The notes under the pieces: model-generated | Told to the model about the DNA's origin: nothing | Databases searched by the model: none | Seen by the model: only the letters and a program-made list of their open reading frames with translations | In this document: piece by piece, positions 5,184-10,226 of the stretch | How positions within the stretch are numbered: position 1 is the first letter of the stretch | Layout: each line of letters begins with the position of its first letter | IMG/VR virus record: IMGVR_UViG_2681813004_000013 | Coordinates: 1 to 10,226 of that record | Source of the DNA: a virus | Taxonomy: Duplodnaviria > Heunggongvirae > Uroviricota > Caudoviricetes | Strand: one strand, 5' to 3' | Length of the DNA stretch: 10,226 nt | Made by a program: the position numbers and the translations under genes

Positions 5184-5545
5184 TCACTTTCAATTTTGTA
5201 AATCTTCACGCCCAGCCGCCCAACAGAAACGAGCTGACCGCGCACAATATTGATTTCATCAAACTGCTCGTCGTCTATGAGAAGTCCGGCATGCGTCAGC
5301 GCATCCAGCGGTGCTTTCAGAATGTTGTCCAGGTCACGGCGGCGCTTATCCGGTGGCTCTGCAATAATTTTTATTGCCAGCCTTCCGGACAGGTTTAATT
5401 TCAACCTCTGCTGGCGAACAATAAGCGCCACATCACGGCGATAACGCTTTCCGGCCTCCGAGATGAAATACGTATTGCCATGACGTCGCCAGTAGGTATT
5501 CACCGTCGGCGGGTAAGGCAAAACAAATTCTATCCGTTCAGTCAT
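5180..5545 (-). CDS. rusA: Crossover junction endodeoxyribonuclease RusA (Holliday junction resolvase)
   Basis: MTERIEFVLPYPPTVNTYWRRHGN...PPDKRRRDLDNILKAPLDALTHAGLLIDDEQ matches the RusA signature (…PDRRRRDLDN…K…DAL…DD.Q…). Its ATG immediately follows the upstream stop (TGAATG). Confidence 0.9.
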   Translation of the reverse strand: MTERIEFVLPYPPTVNTYWRRHGNTYFISEAGKRYRRDVALIVRQQRLKLNLSGRLAIKIIAEPPDKRRRDLDNILKAPLDALTHAGLLIDDEQFDEINIVRGQLVSVGRLGVKIYKIESE

Positions 5546-6604
5546 TCATGCTTTCCACTTCAGGACACCCGAATTTCTCGCGTGCATTAAAAAACGAATC
5601 AGCAACAACAGCTGGCTGCCGTGTTTCTCTTCAAATTCTCTTACCCCGGCATGTAGCTCGTTATGGCAGCGTCTACACAACGGAATAACAAACAAATCGT
5701 CAGCCTTTGTTCCCGTTCCCCCCAGTCCATGACCAATGATGTGATGCGGATCATCTGCCTGATTGCCACACGCCATGCACTTCTGCGTTTTTACCCACCG
5801 CGTGTATATCGGCATCTCTTCACGTTGTGGTTTCTGGCGTCTGAGGTATTGAGCAGGAGACTCCGGATCAACAGTTATGCTGACCACCGCTTTTTCCTGT
5901 TGTGGGTTCTGTTGCTGGTGGGCGTAAGGCAACGGCGCAAGATTTTTTGTGCGCTGCTTCAGTATGCTGGTGGCGCTCTGCTCTCCCGGTACGATGTCGC
6001 TTTCACGGTACATTGAGCGGATTTTTTCCGCACGCAACCCCAGCGAACGACGTAATACCGCTTCCGGTAGCGCGTCCGCCACCTGATTGCGGACCGCCCA
6101 CCAGGATAATTCAGCCAGAGATAATTCCCGTTCCTGTGCACCACTTATTGCGTGACGTATGACGTCAATCATCCAGGCTGTCAGATTTTGTTGAGCAAGC
6201 TGCCCGAGTGATTCGGATGTCTGGTCACGCAGCTGGTTGTCGCAGTGCCAGCACAACACCATTGCGCCGGTACCATAACGGTGAATGACGGTTTCACTGT
6301 GGTGATAATCGCCGTGTGGCCACTGGCAGGATTTAACATGACGCAGTAACCAGTCAGACAATGCGCCAGCGCCACCAGCAGCACGAATCACTCGTTCGTC
6401 GCTGAAAAATGGCAGTAATGATTTATCCTCCGCCAGCGGCTGGCGAACGGCAGGAACGACCCCAGACGGCAGATTACGCATGCTTTTCGGTTCCGGCTCC
6501 ACCAGTACCCGGGTATTGTGGAATACCGGCATGGATTCACGGCCCGGCTTAACGATCACCAGCCCGAGTTCCGGTACCAGAACAGGTCGAAGTAATACCC
6601 GCAC
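5546..6604 (-). CDS. DUF968 / YdfU-like protein with a C-terminal HNH-like zinc motif
   Basis: The C-terminus CMACGNQADDPHHIIGHGLGGTGTKADDLFVIPLCRRCHNELH has a CxxC…HH…CxxCH…H arrangement. The size and the position upstream of rusA match Qin YdfU. The GTG start at 6604 is preceded by GGAGG, which overlaps the upstream stop (GGAGGTAACGTG). Confidence 0.8.
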   Translation of the reverse strand: MRVLLRPVLVPELGLVIVKPGRESMPVFHNTRVLVEPEPKSMRNLPSGVVPAVRQPLAEDKSLLPFFSDERVIRAAGGAGALSDWLLRHVKSCQWPHGDYHHSETVIHRYGTGAMVLCWHCDNQLRDQTSESLGQLAQQNLTAWMIDVIRHAISGAQERELSLAELSWWAVRNQVADALPEAVLRRSLGLRAEKIRSMYRESDIVPGEQSATSILKQRTKNLAPLPYAHQQQNPQQEKAVVSITVDPESPAQYLRRQKPQREEMPIYTRWVKTQKCMACGNQADDPHHIIGHGLGGTGTKADDLFVIPLCRRCHNELHAGVREFEEKHGSQLLLLIRFLMHARNSGVLKWKA

Positions 6605-6605
6605 G

Positions 6606-6890
6606 TTACCTCCAGAGCCGTTGCTGGAATGTGCGGGACGGACGCGGTGGGCGTTCGGAGTAAGGAAGCCTGACGGAGATTATCCAGTGACGATAATCGA
6701 GGCTGAGGGCTTCCCTAAACTCATACCCACGCCTGCGGTAGTTCTGAATCAGCCATTCGGCCTGTTCTTCAGTGCATGGGTCATGCTGATACCAGTCATA
6801 TTTGAATGTGTGAGAACGCCGCCCGTGCCTACTGGCAAAGACGGCTGAATTATCAGAATTGTTAATTTTTTTGTAATGCACCACTACCAT
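6606..6890 (-). CDS. Hypothetical protein (~92-94 aa)
   Basis: The ORF is translationally coupled to the downstream DUF968 gene. GAGGA abuts the ATG at 6890, so one of the GTG codons 2-3 codons later is the better-spaced start. I recognise no family. Confidence 0.55.
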   Translation of the reverse strand: MVVVHYKKINNSDNSAVFASRHGRRSHTFKYDWYQHDPCTEEQAEWLIQNYRRRGYEFREALSLDYRHWIISVRLPYSERPPRPSRTFQQRLWR

Positions 6891-6950
6891 CCTCGTAATG
6901 GTGCGACAGACGCCAGTTGTTCAGGCTGGCTTTAACTATAGCATTATAAT

Positions 6951-7118
6951 CTAGTCTTTCTTAATGCTGAAGTGACTGACCGAATCCGCATGCGATTCTT
7001 TGGTGATCAGAATAACATCGGGTGGCAATGGCATTACGATAAATTCACCATTCTCAAGAACTATTACTTCATAATTACCAGATACAGAAAGCGCAGCAAT
7101 TAATTCCTTATCATTCAT
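6951..7118 (-). CDS. Hypothetical 55-aa protein (below the ORF-track size cut-off)
   Basis: My own translation is MNDKELIAALSVSGNYEVIVLENGEFIVMPLPPDVILITKESHADSVSHFSIKKD, ending at TAG (6953..6951). Its own SD is weak, but an 11-codon uORF with a strong SD ends 9 nt upstream. It fills an otherwise empty gap in the operon. Confidence 0.4.
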   Translation of the reverse strand: MNDKELIAALSVSGNYEVIVLENGEFIVMPLPPDVILITKESHADSVSHFSIKKD

Positions 7119-7248
7119 AACAAAACCCTATGAACTTTTAACATTTCCCCTTAAGGGGTCCATCCCTCTTCTCCCTGCGCGCTACTTAAGTATTTTTGAT
7201 TCTATTCCGGCACCTTCAAAAAGCTCAAACGTCTTGAAAATAAACAAC

Positions 7249-7270
7249 AAAAAACCCGCCGAAGCGGGTT
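7249..7270 (-). terminator. Rho-independent terminator of the hok mRNA
   Basis: The minus strand reads AACCCGC-ttcg-GCGGGTT followed by TTTTGTTGTTT. Confidence 0.8.
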
Positions 7271-7338
7271 AAGTGCGGGTGCGTTGAGGATGCCTGACAC
7301 ATCAGAGGTGGCGAGGGATTTCTCCCCCGCCGGGTCTC

Positions 7339-7494
7339 TTACTCCTCAGGTTCGTAAGCTGTGAAGACAGCGACCTCCGTCTGGCCGGTTCGGATTCGTA
7401 CCTCGCAGAGGTCTTTCCTCGTTACCAGTGCCGTCACTATGACGGTTAAACAGATGACGATCAGGGCGATTAACATCGCCTTTTGCTGCTTCAT
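7339..7494 (-). CDS. hok: Hok-family type I toxin (51 aa), HokD/RelF-like
   Basis: My own translation is MKQQKAMLIALIVICLTVIVTALVTRKDLCEVRIRTGQTEVAVFTAYEPEE. This matches my recollection of E. coli HokD (RelF). An AAGGAG SD lies upstream. The ORF is below the ORF-track size cut-off. Confidence 0.95.
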   Translation of the reverse strand: MKQQKAMLIALIVICLTVIVTALVTRKDLCEVRIRTGQTEVAVFTAYEPEE

Positions 7495-7550
7495 AGCCTG
7501 CTTCTCCTTGACCTTTCGGTCCGTAAGAGGCTAATCTCTATGTGTCGCAT
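7491..7550 (-). CDS. mok: mok-like leader ORF (19 codons) ending in an ATGA overlap with the hok start
   Basis: ATG CGA CAC ATA GAG ATT AGC CTC TTA CGG ACC GAA AGG TCA AGG AGA AGC AGG CTA TGA. GAGG lies 8 nt upstream of its ATG. The region aligns with the R1 mok start (…AGCCUCUUAC…CAAGGAGAAG…). It is much shorter than R1 mok. Confidence 0.45.
   Translation of the reverse strand: MRHIEISLLRTERSRRSRL
7508..7537 (+). promoter_or_regulatory. sok antisense promoter
   Basis: The plus strand has TTGACC (7508..7513), an 18-nt spacer, then TAATCT (7532..7537). The context taagaggcTAATCT parallels the R1 sok promoter region as I recall it. Confidence 0.5.
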
Positions 7551-7610
7551 AGATATGGCCTCAGATTAATGTTAAGCGTCTTGCCGGACGCGTAATGTTA
7601 ACTGGGGCTT
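7544..7610 (+). ncRNA. sok: Sok-like antisense RNA (approximate ends)
   Basis: It would start about 7 nt after the -10 and be antisense to the mok SD and start codon (7550..7548 and upstream). The 3' end is not well defined: the hairpin GCGTC-ttgccg-GACGC at 7576..7591 lacks a clean U tract. Confidence 0.45.
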
Positions 7611-7668
7611 TTCTCTGTCTGCCTTACGGCGGCATGCCCGAGGCAGACAGCCTCAAGCACCCGCAGCA

Positions 7669-7696
7669 ATTCTACTTAACTCTCGCTTTACAGCAA
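7669..7696 (-). promoter_or_regulatory. hok mRNA promoter
   Basis: The minus strand has TTGCTG (7696..7691), a 16-nt spacer, then TAGAAT (7674..7669). The predicted 5' end, GGGUGCUUGAGG (7662..7651), is complementary, with one bulge, to CCUCAACGCACCC near the 3' end (plus-strand 7277..7289). This is the fold-back-inhibition pairing typical of hok mRNAs. Confidence 0.5.
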
Positions 7697-7737
7697 ACCG
7701 TTTTTGCCCGATATGGGAATTCCCATACGGAATGAAT

Positions 7738-7842
7738 TCAGTTCCCCAGGCGATCCATCAAAAACACAACCAGGCAGTAAACACCCACAACAGCAATAAC
7801 AGCCAGAGCGCCTTCCATTACCAGTGAAATATCATCCGACAT
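7738..7842 (-). CDS. 34-aa single-pass hydrophobic peptide (unannotated small ORF)
   Basis: My own translation is MSDDISLVMEGALAVIAVVGVYCLVVFLMDRLGN. A strong SD, AAGGGAGGG, lies 3-4 nt before the ATG. A candidate promoter lies upstream (TTGCTA, 18-nt spacer, TATATG, within about 7870..7905). I recognise no family. Confidence 0.5.
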   Translation of the reverse strand: MSDDISLVMEGALAVIAVVGVYCLVVFLMDRLGN

Positions 7843-7951
7843 ATTCCCTCCCTTGGTGTGAATTCCGGCGAACGTTTTTACCCCCACCGACAAATAACAT
7901 ATACTAGAAAAGCAATAGCTATAGCAACGCCTGCAAATGCATCGGGCCGGC

Positions 7952-8785
7952 TCATTGGTGCGCCCCCTGTATCGCTTCTACTGCGATCTGACTGGCGTAT
8001 TTGTTAATGGTAACGATAAGTTCTTGCTCGGCCTCATCCAGACAACCACCGATACCTCGCCTGTCACCTTCAGAAGCATCGAAATCTGCACGAACCCTGG
8101 CGACCTTCAGGATTGCGGACAACACCTCATCAGGGATTGCCGGAGAGTTGGTTGACGTTTCCGAGGTTATCCGAAAATTATTGGTTGACGAATTCTTATT
8201 TTCCCGAAAGTTTTCGGCATGAAGCATGGCGGTGTTATACCCATCCGCGAAAATCTCTGCTTCTTCGTTATTCAGTTCGGCACCAAGTTTAAGCGCAATA
8301 GCTTTTGCCATTGAGGCGGTAATTTGATGGCATGGCTGACGTCCATGAAGCATGGCGTCGCTCCGCTCTATGCCATCCAGCGCAATTCGAAGCGCATGAA
8401 TTGTAGTAATGCTATCGTTTGGGGTTATTCCGTATCGTTCGAATACAGCGATATGGTTGCGCATAATCGCAGGTGTAAGCTCTTTGTAAGCAAGAGCAAG
8501 AGGTCCAGATACATCGTTCAGCACTACCGTCATCGGTGAGGCGGCGTAGACTTCAATAATCCCAGTATCAATAGGCCATTCCCCATCCTTGATATAGTAA
8601 CTTGTTCCGTCAACTTGCTGTTCTACAATGTGGAAAGCACCTATTGGTTCTGCTTCCAGCGATGCCAGTGCAATTTTGAATAACTCGCCCTCTACCCGTG
8701 CCATCCCTGAATTGGGGTAGCATTTCGCAATCGCTATTTTTAATTTGGCTTCTTCGATTAATTTCTCTTTGGTTAATTCAGTCAC
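7952..8785 (-). CDS. Hypothetical 277-aa protein
   Basis: This is a long ORF with protein-like composition. It has an N-terminal helical segment ending ALASLEAEP, reminiscent of Ead/Ea22-like prophage proteins, and an S/T/N-rich linker (NKNSSTNNFRITSETSTNS). It has a GTG start at 8785. No confident family assignment. Confidence 0.7.
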   Translation of the reverse strand: MTELTKEKLIEEAKLKIAIAKCYPNSGMARVEGELFKIALASLEAEPIGAFHIVEQQVDGTSYYIKDGEWPIDTGIIEVYAASPMTVVLNDVSGPLALAYKELTPAIMRNHIAVFERYGITPNDSITTIHALRIALDGIERSDAMLHGRQPCHQITASMAKAIALKLGAELNNEEAEIFADGYNTAMLHAENFRENKNSSTNNFRITSETSTNSPAIPDEVLSAILKVARVRADFDASEGDRRGIGGCLDEAEQELIVTINKYASQIAVEAIQGAHQ

Positions 8786-8794
8786 TTTTCATTA

Positions 8795-8816
8795 CCGCCC
8801 TTTCGGGCGGCCTCCT
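8795..8816 (-). promoter_or_regulatory. AGGAGG followed by a GAAA-tetraloop hairpin upstream of the 277-aa gene (possible hairpin-bridged ribosome binding site)
   Basis: The minus strand reads AGGAGG (8816..8811), CCGCCC-gaaa-GGGCGG (8810..8795), taatgaaaa, then GTG (8785). No U tract follows the hairpin, so it is not a canonical terminator. Confidence 0.4.
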
Positions 8817-8820
8817 GACA

Positions 8821-9033
8821 TTAATCGTTGTGATAACTCATAGCTTCATTTGCAGCATCAACTGGATCAACATCCCACCAGCAATAATTTGGGTCGACAC
8901 CTTCAGGTGTCCACGGCTCTAATTCATTTTTTGCTACATTCTCGTCACCAGTAATTTTAAAAATCTGCTCAGAGAATTTTTTTACCCACTCGTTATATTT
9001 TTCCGCGTTAATGGTTTTCTGTGTATTTAACAT
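8821..9033 (-). CDS. Hypothetical 70-aa acidic, Trp-rich protein
   Basis: GGAGG lies 7 nt upstream of the ATG at 9033. The gene is markedly AT-rich. The C-terminal segment is EPWTPEGVDPNYCWWDVDPVDAANEAMSY. I recognise no family. Confidence 0.65.
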   Translation of the reverse strand: MLNTQKTINAEKYNEWVKKFSEQIFKITGDENVAKNELEPWTPEGVDPNYCWWDVDPVDAANEAMSYHND

Positions 9034-9078
9034 AGATATACCTCCGGTTAAGGATTAAATTTTATTTACAGTGCTGAT

Positions 9079-9438
9079 TTAATATTCAGTTCTGGCTTTT
9101 GTTGCCCTGCGTATCCGCGCTTTCGCGTTACGCTCAATCTGAATTAGCTTTTCTATATTTTTTCGCCTTTCCTGTTCCTCCTGGCGCAATAGCCTTACAT
9201 CATCTGCCAGTCTGGTTTCTCTTTTAGCCACAGAGAGCATCCAGTCAAACGGCTCCACAACTGCACCACAGATTTTGCAGCGGACCTGACGCTCTTTTTC
9301 GTCAACCCGGACAGAAGCGTGATGGCAGTATGGTCTTTCCGATGGCTCATAAAGAAAATTAACCTGATTACGTGGGTCATCCTCTTTTACCGGAAATAAA
9401 ACGATATTGCTTAACTCATCTTCTGGTTTTATTTCCAT
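9079..9438 (-). CDS. Hypothetical 119-aa protein with a Zn-ribbon-like motif and a basic coiled-coil tail
   Basis: I trimmed ORF-track entry 9079..9489 to the ATG at 9438, which is preceded by AAGGAGAGGAG. It contains YCHH…(13 aa)…CKIC, followed by a heptad-like, charged C-terminus (RLLRQEEQERRKNIEKLIQIERNAKARIRR). Confidence 0.7.
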   Translation of the reverse strand: MEIKPEDELSNIVLFPVKEDDPRNQVNFLYEPSERPYCHHASVRVDEKERQVRCKICGAVVEPFDWMLSVAKRETRLADDVRLLRQEEQERRKNIEKLIQIERNAKARIRRATKARTEY

Positions 9439-9495
9439 GCTCCTCTCCTTTGATGCGAATGCCAGCGATAATTGAAGCCTGATAGCCAATTTTAC

Positions 9496-9915
9496 TCACA
9501 GCCCCCCCTGATAATTTCCCTGATAAAACGCCAGCACTCGCTGCATAACTTCGCTCTTCCGGCACTCGCGACAGATTATATTCAGGCGCCTGTCGTAGCG
9601 ACGTATTTCTCCGTCTGGTAATGACCATATAAGGTCAGGATCAACCACAACCGGTTTCTTCAGCTTTGCCCTCGATAATTTTTTGCGGGCGTTTTGCCAG
9701 TCCTTACGAGCCTGTTCAGAGGGGAATAATCCGTAGCCTGAATTGTAAACATCACCACTGGCGACCAGTTCTCTGGCGAGAGTGCTTATGTAATACCTTG
9801 ATGCACCGGTTTTAGCCTCCAGAGCCCGTAACGTCTCGCGACCGCTCAGACGTACAAGTTCAATAACCTGCCCTTTAATTTTTTCTCGCTCTTCTTGTGT
9901 AAAAACTTTTGCCAC
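9496..9915 (-). CDS. 139-aa winged-helix protein (DUF977/FaeA-like prophage protein)
   Basis: The GTG start at 9915 is preceded by AGGAGG 4 nt upstream. The N-terminus QVIELVRLSGRETLRALEAKTGASRYYISTLARELVASGDV has a wHTH layout. The family name is from memory and has moderate certainty. Confidence 0.7.
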   Translation of the reverse strand: MAKVFTQEEREKIKGQVIELVRLSGRETLRALEAKTGASRYYISTLARELVASGDVYNSGYGLFPSEQARKDWQNARKKLSRAKLKKPVVVDPDLIWSLPDGEIRRYDRRLNIICRECRKSEVMQRVLAFYQGNYQGGL

Positions 9916-9955
9916 AAGTCCTCCTGAAAATTACCTCGTGACCTGAAATAAACAC

Positions 9956-10226
9956 TTACCCCCTGAAGCCCGGTGGAATTTCGGTATCCGGTTCAGAAAT
10001 ATGATTCACACAACGCTGGTTGTTCGTGCCGCTTACCGGGAGCAACCAGGGGTTTTCAAAATTTCGGTCCGGTCCAAAAAACGTCGTCGCTCGCTGAACA
10101 AATTCCGTTCCAGTTTTCCCGGTAACCGCCAGATATCTTGCGTAACGCCTCACGCCATCCAGCATGGCCTCTGGTGGCACCCCCTCGCGTAATCTGGCCT
10201 TCCAGGCACTGAAAGCGGATTTCTTC
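9956..10226 (-). CDS. C-terminal part of a phage replication-initiation-type protein (Phg_2220_C / DnaD-O-like C-terminus); the CDS continues past the right window edge
   Basis: The frame stays open upstream of the ORF-track GTG to the window edge (…KKSAFSAWKARLREGVPPEAMLDGVRRYARYLAVTGKTGTEFVQRATTFFGPDRNFENPW…). The pattern F..WKA…(role/date helix)…F…P..W..RW resembles the conserved phage replication-protein C-terminus. The position upstream of the nin-like genes fits. Confidence 0.6.
   Translation of the reverse strand, partial: KKSAFSAWKARLREGVPPEAMLDGVRRYARYLAVTGKTGTEFVQRATTFFGPDRNFENPWLLPVSGTNNQRCVNHISEPDTEIPPGFRG

Noticed and set aside
4909-6848. Plus-strand ORFs 4909..5253, 5250..5444, 5663..6016, 5902..6162 and 6480..6848, and minus-strand ORFs 5959..6144 and 6181..6384
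   Set aside because: All lie antisense to, or out of frame within, well-supported genes (Q-like, rusA, DUF968, the 94-aa ORF). They have no SDs and Arg/Ser/Cys-rich shadow-type translations.
7712-7727. Perfect 16-bp palindrome TATGGGAATTCCCATA as a rho-independent terminator
   Set aside because: No U/T tract follows it on either strand. I kept it only as a possible operator or RNA hairpin, within the small-peptide finding.
7937-8922. Plus-strand ORFs 7937..8155, 8001..8222, 8324..8539 and 8698..8922
   Set aside because: They are antisense shadows of the 277-aa and 70-aa minus-strand genes. None has a ribosome binding site.
9195-9628. ORFs 9195..9380 (minus), 9416..9628 (minus), and the 17-codon N-terminal extension 9439..9489 of the Zn-ribbon gene
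   Set aside because: They are alternate-frame overlaps of better-supported genes. The strong SD AAGGAGAGGAG sits directly before the ATG at 9438, which argues against the longer form.
10001-10192. 63-aa plus-strand ORF at the right edge
   Set aside because: It is antisense to the replication-protein C-terminal coding frame, which shows a recognisable conserved motif. It has no SD.

Overview
The window is a contiguous piece of an enterobacterial (E. coli/Shigella-type) lambdoid prophage. Almost all of it is transcribed right to left on the minus strand. From right to left it contains:
- the 3' end of a replication-initiator-like gene;
- a nin-like block of small or unknown genes (wHTH protein, Zn-ribbon/coiled-coil protein, small acidic protein, 277-aa unknown);
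- a 34-aa membrane peptide ORF;
- a complete hok/mok/sok type I toxin-antitoxin locus;
- small ORFs, a DUF968 (YdfU-like) protein, RusA and a Q-like antiterminator;
- a strong pR'-type late promoter with a short, terminated leader RNA;
- a moron zone: ORF6N/KilA-N-type protein with an internal 3x30-bp repeat, a PapI/FaeA-like small wHTH, an AraC-family regulator, three abutting tRNA genes plus the 5' half of a tRNA-Tyr, and a 5'-truncated DNA methyltransferase;
- the lysis cassette: S21-type pinholin, DUF1327 protein, one opposite-strand ORF, and a SAR endolysin that runs off the left edge.

I saw no stx genes, CRISPR array, IS element or integrase. Observations I consider worth follow-up:
- the tRNA cassette, with an aberrant middle tRNA and a half tRNA-Tyr fused to a decapitated methylase;
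- regulator morons insulated by terminators;
- the short pR' RNA and the GC-rich structured leader after it;
- the plus-strand ORF wedged between holin and endolysin;
- an unannotated hydrophobic peptide next to hok;
- an uncharacterised AT-rich three-gene block;
- Chi-site enrichment, including a palindromic double Chi.

All homology statements come from reading translations and from memory of protein families. No database search was run.
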